This document shows positions 1 to 12,148 of a stretch of DNA of 64,000 nt, in pieces. Made by a program: the position numbers and the translations under genes. The notes beneath the pieces are model-generated. The model ran no database searches, had not been told where the DNA came from, and saw only the letters and a program-made list of their open reading frames with translations. How positions within the stretch are numbered: the first letter of the stretch is position 1; the number at the start of each line of letters is the position of its first letter. The stretch covers positions 744,001-808,000 of the forward strand of contig ML978130.1 of NCBI GenBank assembly GCA_010015805.1, in the 5' to 3' direction. This DNA comes from Rhizodiscina lignyota (lineage: Eukaryota).

Positions 1-2745
1 TGCGTCAATGGAATACGAGAGGAGAAAGCGACTGCGGGTTGAAATGGCTCTCGAAGCTCTGAATACTCGAGACCTTATGAGATCGGGTCTGTAGCGATGG
101 TCTCTTTGTTTAATGGGTACATTCCAGTTTTAGATGAAGTGAAAAATGGAGTTGGGATGATAAGGTGATGTAGATGCAGCACAAAATTCTTGATTGCAAA
201 GGTGCTGTCGTCATGACAGCACAGATATCCTACCTCCTTGCGTTGAATCTAAGTTCTTCTCGGTCTATAATCAACTGCATTCATGTCAAGCAAGAAAGGT
301 GGACTCCGGCCTCCCCCGCCCGGAAATTTGACAGTAACAATTTCGGCAGCGAGGGCGACCGGAGTGTGACCGGGGTTTCACCGCCGCCAACCTCTCCCTC
401 GACCAGGGGAATAAGGCTGGTGCCCGACGGGCGCTGCCAATCAAGAAGTCGAAGACTGCCCAATCGCTATTAGTCTTGCATTAGCAAGGTAGGATCCTCT
501 TCCTTGAACTTAACCGCTGACCAACGTTTCACCGTTCCATTGCGACGTGCTGCGCAGTTGCCGTCAATATCGATGGGACACCATCGACATACCGAGGACA
601 CTCCTCTCCACAGCTCTGATTTTGTTCATTCTGTGGTATTGCCGCATATCGTGCCTAGCTTTTCAGTCTGAGCTGGAGCTGAGACTCGTGAAGAGGCGGC
701 GGTGGAGGATCGACGACAACTCTACTCAAAGAGGACATCCTAAGATGCATACTGTCGAGCCACACAGGTCATTGGGCATGCCATAACCCGACGTCATTGG
801 CACGAATCGGCCGCATGCACAACACTCTTTTTCTCTCCACTCTTTAGGAAGCAAGGTCTCCGGCCTGAGCCTACCGCATCTGGCGAACCGCATCGGGGGA
901 GGCGGGAGACGCCGAGTGTGCAGGTTATGGTTTGCATATCGTATTTTGGGGCGGTGCAAGCATTGGGCGTCGGTGGCTGGTGAATTAATTTGAACGATTG
1001 GAACGAATTAGAAAATTCGGAAGCGGAAAAGACCTCCATTCATCCAATCATGCACTGCCGTGCGGTGCATATATGTACGACAATCTGCAAGCGGGACTAA
1101 AACTGGTATCGGGCACTTTGAGAAGGGCAACTGTTTGCGTCACAGAAGCCTCGTTCTTCTTGCCGTTCAATTAACTGGCGATGCTGCTGGAATGAGAGCG
1201 TTCCTCTCCTAAGCAAGGCAACTACTTCCATGACGCACGATGGCACGGAACACTGAAGGATTCGGGGCATCTGCAGGAGCGGAGCGTCAGCAAGTGCATC
1301 TGAGGAGGGTGAACTTTCGCCAATCTTCAGTCCGCATTCATCCCCAAGTAATGGAGGCGTGATGGTCCGCTTGCGCCATACAATGCACGAAGGTGAGCTG
1401 CGGAGATGAACATACACCCACCCGCAAAGGGGTGTCTGCCTTACCTGAATTCTAAGCAGCGTGTAACGAAAGCATGTATGGGAGCAACTTATGCACCGTC
1501 TGTTGATGGCTTGTTAGCGGCTGATTCTCCTATAAAGTTAAGTACTTACCGACTTTATTCATTCCCATACACTATTTGATTTACAATTTACAATGTTGAA
1601 GTCAATGTCCCCTTCTCCCTCCCCTTTTGATGTTCTTTTCTGTTGAACTCGTCGCGGTGTTGCAATCTGCTGCAATCTACTCATGTGTAATTCCGCATCG
1701 TGTACGTAGTATACTGTTATGATCATTTCAAGAGTGTTAAACCCATTTCACAGAGGTCAGGATGTGCAAGACGCTTAGCCCTGAAGCGACGGAACTGTTC
1801 GTAAAGTTTGAGGAAGGGGGGCCTTGTCAAGATTACCAGGTGCGTCGCGTGGAGAGCCGAGCGAATGTGTGAAAGACGCTGATATAATCCGACGTAGCAG
1901 TCCGATTGTGGCACAATAACTGTCGCTCCCGAGAACAGCGCGTCTTGCAATCGATCCGAAGAGCAGCCAAGATATGGACAAGCTGATATCCGGGAGGGAT
2001 CCACAAGACAGTGCTTGGAAGTTGGCAAATTTCAAGACAACAGCTATTCAAGCACAGCTGCCGAACGATCGATGGCCAATACTATGGACGAAGTCACTTC
2101 CACCTGGGAGGCTTCTGTTGCGGAACAGAACCGGGAGGGTGACCCTTCGTTTGACTGCTTGCTGGGGGAGCGTTATCGGCAGGAACTGTACCATACCATG
2201 GATAATGAGGGGGTTAAATAAATGTGCGGAGAAAAATAGTGATGCTGCGTTCGTATTCGGGAGTCCTATATCATTATCTTCTCCGCTGGACCATTATATT
2301 AATTTCGCTGTAGTCTGGTACTACGCGAGAATAGTTATATGATTCATAAGACGAAAGAGCGCAAGATGAAGGGTTAGAGGTCACGTATTCAATGAGAATA
2401 GACGAATGCAACCAAAGAAAGGCTTCTCATGACTCACCTCACCCTCTCTTGTTCTGGGTTCGTGATATGCACACCATTCCAGGACTGTGCCGTAAAATCG
2501 GTGATATGCGATGTCCCTCACACTATACAATCCCAATTCTCCAAGAAGGCGCATCTCAAGAGTCAGAGCTCTGAATGTGGACTTGATAGCGCAGGGGAAA
2601 CGTTGCCAGAGTTCGCCTTGGCTTGTGTTGCATCGCTTATGAGTAGCTCGCCAAAGAGTTAGTTATCTATTCCGTCCCGCAATTGAGATCCGGAAGTGGA
2701 CCCTCGACCTTCCTGCTGCCTCCTTCAGCTAGCATTCGATTGCTG

Positions 2746-2779
2746 CCTCAAATGGCGCTTCCTCAAATGGCGCTTCCTC
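2746..2779. repeat. 15-bp tandem repeat CCTCAAATGGCGCTT x2.3
   Basis: Read directly: 2746-2760 and 2761-2775 are identical, followed by CCTC. Confidence 0.9.
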
Positions 2780-4269
2780 GGGTAGATAAGCCGGTGCAGG
2801 AGAGAACGGAGCTCTGACTGGTGAGGTAGTTGCGGGGCATGCTTGCAGATGTGGAACAATGATTGGATGACTGCAGCTGAGAGAGGAATGAAGATTTGAA
2901 TAGTTGGAAGGCATGAAAGCTGGGAATAGCGTCTTGCTGTTCATGTTTGAAACACCATTTGATCTTAAGCCCGCAATCCTATCAGACGGCCCCTGTTAAC
3001 GCCCGAAGCATATGAACGAGGAGCTTGCACTCTCTCATGACTGTGGCTAGCAGTCTTGCCGGATATGCTGCAGCTGGATGCGTAATGGTCTGCAGTAGGT
3101 TGAAAAATCTTCCAAGCTGATGCGGCCAACGAGCGTCTCTTCCGGTTGCTCAAATCTGTGAGGGAGGTTGGTTGATGTTTGTTGGAGACGAGGCGGTCAG
3201 TTTTCATCAAATCAGACTGTGCCACAGGCGCACAGCCACAGATACCCCATGCGCCACATCACAACCTGCCAAGTTGCCTTCTCTTGAGGGGTGCAGGTCG
3301 ATGTCAATCGTTCGACCGAATCAACGAATGTAATAGCCATGAGAAGTGTTCCAGTATTCCTTGATGGAGCCTTATTGATGAATGGCGGTGAACATTGAAG
3401 GAAATCGAGGAAACAGACTCATGAAATGATACATATCACCTCAAAGCGGCGTAAACGAATAGAAATGCCGTTAGGCAAGTCGAACCTGGGCTGAACATCT
3501 CAGTCAATGAGGGTCGCAAGGAATTTCTGACCCCATACTCCTTACTTGGCATGGTGATCGACCCACAGAGCCATCCGATGAAGTTTTTTAACAGGGTATA
3601 TGTCTTTCCTACAGTCGGGAAGGGTGGCTTAGGCGTTGATCTTAGGCAGTAGAGGCGAGCGACGTTGCAGTCCAAGAGATGGATTTTGCGTTGAAAAATC
3701 TGGCGGATGTCGGTGATAGCATTGTGGCCGGATAGGCGGCGCGTGAAATAAGGCGACGCGTAGTTCCAAGAAGTCCGAATCACGCTAAGCACGCGATGTC
3801 ACATGCCTGTTCATCTCCAATCATTTCATCCACTTTTGCCCAGAGAAGGCGGCATGACTGCAGATATCTGCAGTGTGAGAGTTCCTTGGGAATGTGTCCT
3901 TTCATGAGTCTGAATGTCACCCTACACAACCATGCAGCGAGGTCCACATCATGGGTGAACGCCGGTTAACGCCTGAGGGTATGGGAAGCTCGCACTATGA
4001 TTGCTGCTGTGGAATATGCACTATACATGCAATTTAATGCATTCAATCGCACCTATAGCCTTGCCCGTTCTATGCAAATGGGAAATGTTCCCCATATAAG
4101 AAGCGGATCGCTGTCCCCCTTTGTCCGGCAGGCCTATACCGTGATCCGACCCAAATTCCAGCTTGCCTGTTAGCGACTACAACCGTAGTCCCGAGTAGTG
4201 CAATCTTCACCCATTCACCTAGTACACCACCTCTCAATCGAGCCTCTCAGCTCTGCTACCCAAAGAGCA

Positions 4270-4655
4270 ATGACCAGTACCCTCAATCCTGAAACCACCT
4301 CAAGATTTGTTGCGCACGCGGAAGGTGGACCATGCGAAGACTATCAAGTAAGATCCTGTGTAGCATAATAAATTGTAAATGTTCTTGGTAGAGGCTGATT
4401 CCTGTATCTGGAAAACAGCACACAAACTCCGCTGTGAATTCCGCAAGGAACAATCGTATCGACAGTGGAAACAGCGTTCAAGGCGAGACTGCTCGAGGCA
4501 ACGACGGAGAGAGTCCTGGTGACTCTACGCAAGAAAGCCCATTGCTTCGGCGGATGTTACAGGAGCGCGTATGTGAAGCGCCATATAACGCGATTGACCA
4601 TGCTGGGCGTCAAGAAGCCTACCGGAGAAGGCAAGAGAATGATGGGAACAACTGA
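4270..4655 (+). CDS. Putative 2-exon small hydrophilic orphan protein (104 aa)
   Basis: Exon 1 4270-4347 (MTSTLNPE...EDYQ), intron 4348-4418 (GTAAGA...GCTGAT...AACAG), exon 2 4419-4655 in frame to TGA. TATA-like CATATAAG near 4093 and a pyrimidine-rich leader. No family recognised. Confidence 0.45.
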
Positions 4656-4902
4656 CACAATGTACTTGATGTACCACAAAAAGATATTAGAGATAGTTCT
4701 CAAAATATCCTTTGTATTAATGACATTGTCTTAATATAAGAGCGGATGTAACGAATGGGACATTGAAGAGCTGGGAATATCCAAGCGTAATAAATGTGTG
4801 AGTGGAGCAACCCCTTCAAAACACAATGTCTCAAAAATGGCTCCAATCTAGCACCAGGTTAAATATCAATATCAGAAATCGCACCTACTCGTTTCATGCA
4901 TA

Positions 4903-6564
4903 TCAGTTTCTCCAAAACCAGCCTCCGCTCTTCTTTTCATTTGCTCTCTCCTTCTGGGCAGTCTGTTCATTTGGTTTCGTATATCGACGCGCATCATGCG
5001 CAGCGCCGTTCTGATCTTGCCGAGTATATTCCGGCGCTTGGATGTCGCGATCCAGATCGAACACCTCCATTGATCCTTGCCATGGGAGGAATCCCTGGGG
5101 TTGCTGAGAATGGGACTGCTGCGCATCTTTGGTCGATGACGTCTCGGATTTGGTTGTGCCGTCTTTGTCTGTCGTTTTCATAGTCTCTGTCGTCCTCTCG
5201 CGGCCATTGGCGAAGCTCTCTTTCAAAACTGTTCTCTCCGTTATGGTGCCATCTGCGTTGATAATGCGCTCTGTCCTTGTCAAGGTGCCGAGGATACTGG
5301 GCTTTGGAATCTCGTCGTTGCCCGTTGGTGCAGACAGCTGCTTGGAGACCGGAGGAGTATCAGCCTCGGCCTCTGAGCGCGTGAAGTACTCCTCATATGC
5401 ATCCAACTCGGTCTCTGTTGGAGGCTCCTGGACATCTCCAAAGACGCTCTTGACCAGCTCATCCCAGGATTGAGGCTTGGTGAGCGCCTCGACCATCTTC
5501 ATCTCCTCCGCCATGGAGTCAAGGAATGAGGGGACCTGTTCTCTTAGCAACTTGTACCTTTCGCGACGTTCCTTGGTCATGACATTCATCGAATGCAGCT
5601 CCGCCACCCGCGCCATCCAAAGCGCCGTGGATGCGAATTGCGCATCCGTTGACTCCTCGTCTGTCGTCAAAGGCTCATCGATTTGTGCTCGCAAGAGGTC
5701 CTCATATGCAGTTCGCCACGCCGGTCCACGAGCTCCTAGCTCTGGATGATCCTCCAACTGGAATGGAGAGTATCTGTTGAAGAAGAACCATGTGGCCAGT
5801 GAAATTGGGTTGTCGGTGGATGGGAAAGCGTCGTCCTGCGAGTCGTTTTCCACCTCATAGATTGGCAACACCGATACTTCTGTCACAGGCTTGGTATCTT
5901 CAGCCTTTACCGCTTCTTCTGCCATCTTTTGGAATGGCTGCTTCTGCTCTCGTCGCTCTTGGTGCCACAGCATATTCGGAGTGGTACTTGGTCCACCCCA
6001 CCCACTCCAAACCCAGTCGAAGTACCTCGAATGGGGGTATTCCCGCCTACACCATTTGCGGCTTTTATCCTTAGGCTCTTCAACTGCCGTGATGACTCGT
6101 TGCTCCTTCGGTGGGAGATATGGACATGACATCTCGTCCTTTGGTGGTTCGGCACCTGTATCTACGCGCTTCGTGTCTTTATCACTAAAGCCAAGTCCGC
6201 TTTCCAAATGTGCATCCCGTCGAGCGGTGATTTGCTTCAGAACGGTATCGTACCATTCTCTCGCCTCTCGCTCGCTGTCTTCAAAGTCCTTCATCGCTTC
6301 CTCCCACTCCTTGCCCATGTCTGTCGGCCCAGCCGTCTTGTTGCTCCCAGAATCTTCTCTTGATTTGTGGCATCGCCTTTCAGACCACTCTCGGCCATGT
6401 TGTGCACCTTGGTTGTAAATGGTGGAGGGGATGCTAAAGACTGAGCCGAGGAGCGAGTTGATCTGCTGGTCTACATGGTGGCGGAAGGCGACAAAGGGAT
6501 TCTGCTCAGACTCTTTCGAGGGTTTCGGAGAGCTTGAGGTTTCGTCGCGCTTGTCAGAGCACAT
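4903..6564 (-). CDS. Fungal hypothetical protein (about 553 aa, single exon)
   Basis: Long ORF; likely start ATG at 6564 (MCSDKRDE). Motifs NPFVAFRHHVD, YSPFQLE, WRTAYEDLL, TETELDAYE and a terminal GGWFW resemble an uncharacterised Pezizomycotina family. Confidence 0.8.
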   Translation of the reverse strand: MCSDKRDETSSSPKPSKESEQNPFVAFRHHVDQQINSLLGSVFSIPSTIYNQGAQHGREWSERRCHKSREDSGSNKTAGPTDMGKEWEEAMKDFEDSEREAREWYDTVLKQITARRDAHLESGLGFSDKDTKRVDTGAEPPKDEMSCPYLPPKEQRVITAVEEPKDKSRKWCRREYPHSRYFDWVWSGWGGPSTTPNMLWHQERREQKQPFQKMAEEAVKAEDTKPVTEVSVLPIYEVENDSQDDAFPSTDNPISLATWFFFNRYSPFQLEDHPELGARGPAWRTAYEDLLRAQIDEPLTTDEESTDAQFASTALWMARVAELHSMNVMTKERRERYKLLREQVPSFLDSMAEEMKMVEALTKPQSWDELVKSVFGDVQEPPTETELDAYEEYFTRSEAEADTPPVSKQLSAPTGNDEIPKPSILGTLTRTERIINADGTITERTVLKESFANGRERTTETMKTTDKDGTTKSETSSTKDAQQSHSQQPQGFLPWQGSMEVFDLDRDIQAPEYTRQDQNGAAHDARRYTKPNEQTAQKERANEKKSGGWFWRN

Positions 6565-7298
6565 GGTTTTGATGAAAAGTAATGATATCGTCGCGATAGA
6601 GAATGAGAGGCTCCTGCAACGCGGACTATGATATGGACGTACGCGGGGCATGCGCTGATAGCCGCCGACGATGACGCGCCAGCCGGCTAAATCACGGAAA
6701 TTTGGGATGAGGCCATTGGCTGCTCTCGTCAAGGGTAGAGTATTCGGCATTCGTCTCCATCGATCAATGATCAACCCCTTCCACACCTTAACTCAACCTC
6801 ACTCTTTCTTGGCCGGTTCCTAAGCGCTAGGCTCATAGCTGCCTCCTTGCGAAGGGTATCTTACTGGGCTCTCATTACGGTCCCCTGTGTAATATCGGGC
6901 TCGGTCTCAATCATCCGCTTGCGAGCCTAAGATCTCATGAGCAGGACCGAGTCGGTGTGGTGGCTATCTTCTACAGTAACTGCGCTTTTCGGGTAATTTC
7001 TCTTTCTGCCATCGCTATGGAGCTGTTTACAAACCAAGTATCTCGTTCGTGCTGCAGTCAGTTACCTGCCGGCTCACATCAGCACTCCGTAAAGATTCCG
7101 CATCACATTTGACCTATCGGACCAATTTCTGTCCCGGCAAGACCTTCTCTTACATTTCATGTTAACTGGCGTCGTTAAGACTCCCTTCTTGGGTTTCTCG
7201 TTACTTTCCTTTTTGTCATCTTTCTGTCGCATATATATGTACATCATCTTTCAGAATTCATTCAAAAGTCTCTGACCTTCTGTTTTGCCTGTTCAGCA

Positions 7299-9126
7299 AT
7301 GTATGATTTTATAGTTGTAGGTGGTGAGTGAAACATATTAATATTCTCCTACTTCCACTAATATTAACGATTGTACATGAGCAGGTGGGCCAGCTGGAGC
7401 AAGTCTTGCGACACGCCTCGCTCAAACAAAACATGCACCTGAAGTACTCTTGCTGGAGGCTGGTGCCGAAAATCGCGAGAACCAAAACACGCCAGCAACA
7501 GAGAAGAGGTCTTCAATGGCCATTCCAAAGCTCAACTGGGGATACAAGACAGCACCACAGGAGAACTTTCTCCACCGACAGGCGGACTACTCGCGCGGGA
7601 AGACGCTCGGAGGCACTAGCGTAATCAACTTTATGGTGTGGTCCCGAGGCCCAAGGGACGACTATGAGGAATGGGCGGAAAGAGTCGGTGATTCGGATTT
7701 CAATTGGACTAATGCAGAGCGCCTGTACAAGTCCATCGAGGGATACGACGTGAACAGCGGAGAAATGAGCGAGTATTTCAAGCCGGATCCATTAGTGCAC
7801 GGCACTTCGGGGCCAATCAGCATTGAAAATGGCCAAATATGGCCAGAAGGCCTTCACACAGCTGTTGACGCTATAGTTGCGTCTGGCGTGAAGCTGAATT
7901 TGGACTTGAACTCCGGTGATCCCCTCGGCCTTGGACTCATACCATTCATGTCACGGAAGGGGCTCAGATGTACGGCCAGTGCATACACGGACATTGCTCC
8001 TTCGAATCTCACCCTCCAGGTGAACACGTTGGTAACAAAGCTCATATTTGAAAAGAATAAAGTCATTGGCGTTCAGACAGACAAAGGAAAATGTAAGTCA
8101 GTGTATGGTACTTTCTAGGGGAGAAGACACGGATGAGTCCCAGCTGGACCTGCCTTGGAGTCCAGCACCCATTTAAATGCTAATATATATGGTTCAGATC
8201 TCGCATCGAAAGAAGTCATCCTTGCGGCTGGCGCGGTCGACACTCCGAAGATCCTGCTATTATCAGGTATTGGGCCTGCAGACCATCTAAAACAGCACGG
8301 TATCCCTGTAGTGGTAGACCTACCCGTTGGCGAGAACCTCCGAGATCACTCCTACTTGCAGCTCCTCTATGAACTCAACGACTCCATCATAGACAAACAC
8401 TTGATCAACAGTCCAGAGTTACTACTATCCGCCCGCGCGCAATTCGCCAAAGACGGCACTGGCCCTTTTACTGCCGTTAACAGAGTTTTTGCCCTAAGCT
8501 GGACACGAGATGAACTAGTTGAGCAGCGTGTAGGCTTCGCTGACCTCGCGGAGGAGGAAAAGCGTCTGTTCCGCCGCTCGACGATACCAACGCATGAATT
8601 CTCCGTCTCAATATCCCAAATTGCGCGATGCCCGGGGAAAATTCTGTTCGGCTTGAGCTCCGTGGGTATGAATATGCAGAGCAGAGGCACCGTGCGGCTT
8701 GCATCTGCAGACCCAGCAGACGCTCCGATAATAGATCCAAAGTTCCTTTCCCATGCGTTCGATCGGGATAATCTCGTGGGCGACTTGCGACGCATGATTG
8801 CCCTCTCCGAGCTGCCGGACATTAAAAGCACGATTAAGGGACCACTTGGGGCGCCAGCATCTAGTTCTGACGAGGACATCTGGGATTTTGTCAGAAAAAA
8901 TATGGGCAGTTGTTGGCATCCTTGTGGCACTGTGAAGATGGGCAAAGCGGACGACCCGGAAGCGTGTGTAGACTCCGAATTTGCTGTTAAGCATTTTGAA
9001 GGGCTGAGAGTCGTGGATTTGAGTGTTGCACCGTTTGTGCCGAGTTGCCATACTACGTCTACAGCATACTGGCTCGGCGAACTGGCCGCGGAAAAGATTG
9101 CTCGGAGGTATGGATTGAACGGATAA
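7299..9126 (+). CDS. GMC oxidoreductase (glucose-methanol-choline family), no signal peptide
   Basis: Exons 7299-7323, 7385-8092, 8198-9126. FAD-binding MYDFIVVGGGPAG is rebuilt across intron 1. Also RGKTLGGTSVIN, EVILAAGAVDTPKILLLSGIG, VGENLRDH, and catalytic WHPCGT / SCHT. Confidence 0.93.
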
Positions 9127-9472
9127 CGCGCACTTGTGAACGATTCATATTCTTTATTTAGAAATTCGGTCGAGTGTAGTATACAATATATACCATGTAT
9201 GCTCTAGCATTTCCGAACCTGTTTCTCTATGCTATGCGCGCAAGTTGCCGAGGACGCCATCTTCAACTCTTGCAGGGACGCGACATCCCACACTGTGATG
9301 TACGAGCTTCAATATCGTCGTAGCTGGGCCTGTGTTGCTGCGAGGCTCCGGAGTAATACGGATTGGTGTAGCTGTGAAGTCTTGCAGGATATCTCTCCAG
9401 AAATGCAAGCTTGACATGGCATGTTTCCAGTGATGGCGGGCGCGGAATTCTGTTCAGTTGATGCCCGCCAGT

Positions 9473-10468
9473 TCACCTCGGCTCGCCATTACCAATTTCC
9501 CGCAACCTATCCACAATCGATTCGTATGCTTCTCTTGACTCTCTCAGGCCGTACATGAATGCCAACGGGAAACAATGCATCTGGCCCTCCCAATGAAGCC
9601 ACTCCCCTTCCACGCCGGCACCGATACATTTATCTCGGAAAAGGAGAGCATCCGGGGCCAGAATGTCGTTACCTCCGGTTACCGCGAACACCTTTACGCC
9701 TCTGTCCTTGAAGAGCGATAGGTCTCGATGAATTGGGGAGACACGGGGGTCCGAGTCAACCCACTCCGCCCCCCATTTCTCTGCCACCGATCTCGTAAAT
9801 GCAACGCTCAGAATAGGATCATGCGGTTCAATTTTGACCATCTCCGTGTTGACCTTCGCCGAATCCACGGATGGACTAATTACCAGGATGGCATCCGGAC
9901 TGTACTCTGCTCCATCCGCAAGCGCCGCAAGAGTAAGGGACAATGCCAGGTTGGCTCCAGACGAGTCGCCAGCGAACGTGACCCGCTGCTTTTGCTCCTT
10001 GGCCTCGCGCAGAAGGATTTCATACACCCTTACTAGTTGTGGAAAAGTTTTGGGGGCTGGACAGTTTGGTGCGAGAGGAGGGGATATTACGCTCACAGCT
10101 GCGTTGGGTAACTGCATGGCAATGGCTGTGAGGAACCTCCAGTGCTGCGAGGAAGGTGGTTTCTGGAAGCCACCGCCAGCAAAGTAGTAAATCCTGTGTG
10201 CCTTCGAGTCTGCACTAGGTTTTGTGTCATGGATTCTGCTCGCAGATGTGATGTCGTAGACGTAGACACCTTCCACTTGACGCTCTTGGATGTTGCATTT
10301 TCGAGCATACCCGGGAGGTTTCAGTCGAGGTGACCCAGCTGGATACGTCTTGTTTGGCTTTATGAGGCCCGGGACTTCTTTGAATGGCCGGATAACACGT
10401 TGGAGGATTCTCATGTAGAGAGACCGATCTGAGCGATTCGTAGTCCGCATCGATGGAGATTTCTCCAT
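9473..10468 (-). CDS. Alpha/beta hydrolase (HSL-like esterase/lipase, Abhydrolase_3)
   Basis: FAGGGF oxyanion motif, GDSSG nucleophile elbow, DIL..D and QMHCF. Likely start MEKSPS at 10468. Confidence 0.88.
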   Translation of the reverse strand: MEKSPSMRTTNRSDRSLYMRILQRVIRPFKEVPGLIKPNKTYPAGSPRLKPPGYARKCNIQERQVEGVYVYDITSASRIHDTKPSADSKAHRIYYFAGGGFQKPPSSQHWRFLTAIAMQLPNAAVSVISPPLAPNCPAPKTFPQLVRVYEILLREAKEQKQRVTFAGDSSGANLALSLTLAALADGAEYSPDAILVISPSVDSAKVNTEMVKIEPHDPILSVAFTRSVAEKWGAEWVDSDPRVSPIHRDLSLFKDRGVKVFAVTGGNDILAPDALLFRDKCIGAGVEGEWLHWEGQMHCFPLAFMYGLRESREAYESIVDRLREIGNGEPR

Positions 10469-11079
10469 TATGTAGAATTGGAATTTGGAAGTCGTTTGGA
10501 AAGACCGAACAGTGTGGATTATGGAAGGAAATGTATGGAATGAATACTTAGCTTTCATAACATTTGCGGGATACAGCGGGACGGAGGTGCAGTGGTGGGC
10601 CCTTAGGCGGTTGAGTCGTGCGACGTCATGGCCCGAAGCGGCGATCGAAAGCAAGGCATCTCACGCTAACAATCGCGCCTAGCGTCCAACAATACTTAGT
10701 GTTTAATGGCGTTGCAAGTCATAGAGATTGATTGAGTGCGGGCGACGGTTCTAAAGGGAGCTTGTTGAGATGAAATGGATGTCTGAAGTGGAGTTGAGGA
10801 GATTTCGACTAGCAAGATTTGATCCTGGACCAATCCTAGCAGGCGATCTCTCCCCTTGAGCGTATCAATTAGCATATCATGCGCAAGTCGGTCCAGGACA
10901 AGGGTTCCAAATTGTTTAGATATGCGGTTTATATTTTTAATATATGGAAGTATCACGCGCGAGTTACAGTGCTAGGAAGAGCATACCAACACTCGTTCTC
11001 TGTGACTTCTCAATGCCTCGATACGTAGAGATTCGGCCCTATATACAAGATGACTGTCTGGTTTGATGTATCCCACATT

Positions 11080-11903
11080 TTATCGCTGACCCAATGGCTC
11101 ATCCGATACTCTCTGGCTCTCTGGTACTTCCGCTGGGTGTCCTGTTGGTCCAAGTGGATACGACGTATGCGGCTGAGCCTCGATATGCTCACGATGATGT
11201 TCGTTTGCCTAAGTGCACACAATTAGTATTGAATGGAGCAAGCTTAAAGTTGCAATAGCGAAAAGGCCAGGCTTGATTGACGTACGAATGGTAGTCCGCA
11301 ATATGTGCACCAGCAAATCTGCGGCTTGTCTAGATTGATGAAGATACGAGGATGTCCTAGAGGGCCCCCACCGCCGTCACATGAGACGACTCTTTCATGT
11401 CGCCAGCGCACTGGTTGTTTATGGATGAGTTCGATTGCAGCGAGTGGTCGTGGCTATATCAAAGACATGTTAGCCGAGCTTTCGTCCCAAGTCTCCCTGC
11501 GCTGCTTTATCTTCCCAGATAACCTCAATCAACTCGCTCAAGGGAGCGGCGTGCCTACCTGGTCTGCAATAATTGTCTGTTCGAACCTTGGTCCCACCAT
11601 CGCCTTCTCCCTGGGCTGCTGACTCCTGCTCCAAATGCTCGTCCGATTAGGCGCCTGCATTGAACGCATCTTCTCTCCCTCCACTGCGCTCTCTTGCAGC
11701 GCCTTATCTTCTGAACCCATTGACGATGTAGCGACCTCGTTTGATTTCGAGACATTGGGCGTGGCCGCGGCATTGGATGCGGGTTGGTTGGCGGGGATAT
11801 CGGCGACCGACGTTTTGGGATGCTCAGCGTAGGTGCGCACGGAGGTGATAGACAAAGGACTGCGGACTGAGGCGACAATGCGCCGGCGGGTGAGTGGAAG
11901 CAT
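11080..11903 (-). CDS. NDUFS6: NADH:ubiquinone oxidoreductase Zn-finger subunit (NDUFS6 / 18.4-kDa-type), mitochondrial
   Basis: Exons 11903-11559, 11453-11286, 11208-11080. Arg-rich presequence, QAPNR..WSRSQ..R..AMVGPRFEQ, then PRPLAAIELIHKQPV..SCDGGGGPLGHPRIFINLDKPQICWCTYCGLPF (zf-CHCC). Confidence 0.93.
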
Positions 11904-12148
11904 TTTGTTCGTGGTTGGAGCGCAATTGACCGCGCTTGGAGGATGAAGGCGAACGAGAGAGGAGTGAGGTTAATAGCTCGGAGAAGCCACAGCTGCAGGA
12001 GCGTCCGTGCGCGCCGATGTTCAAGACCCTCAGATATTTTCTGGATTCCTTTCAACAACATAACATCAGTTGTTCAAGAACTGTCCGCTGCTCTGGCCTC
12101 CAAGTCCAGTCAGAATTCATACGCTAACAGTCTCCGCAAGTAGTCACA

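Noticed and set aside
1..4200. Scattered short ORFs and splice-like signals in the first 4 kb
   Set aside because: I could not assemble a coherent gene model or recognise any family or transposon motif; a BLASTx would be needed.
6565..6786. N-terminal extensions given by the ORF track (also 10469-10654 and 59451-59600)
   Set aside because: They begin at non-ATG codons and look like UTR/promoter sequence; downstream ATGs fit the families better.
7299..10468. GMC oxidoreductase plus hydrolase as a secondary-metabolite cluster
   Set aside because: A convergent pair flanked by a hypothetical gene and housekeeping genes; no backbone enzyme or shared motif found.
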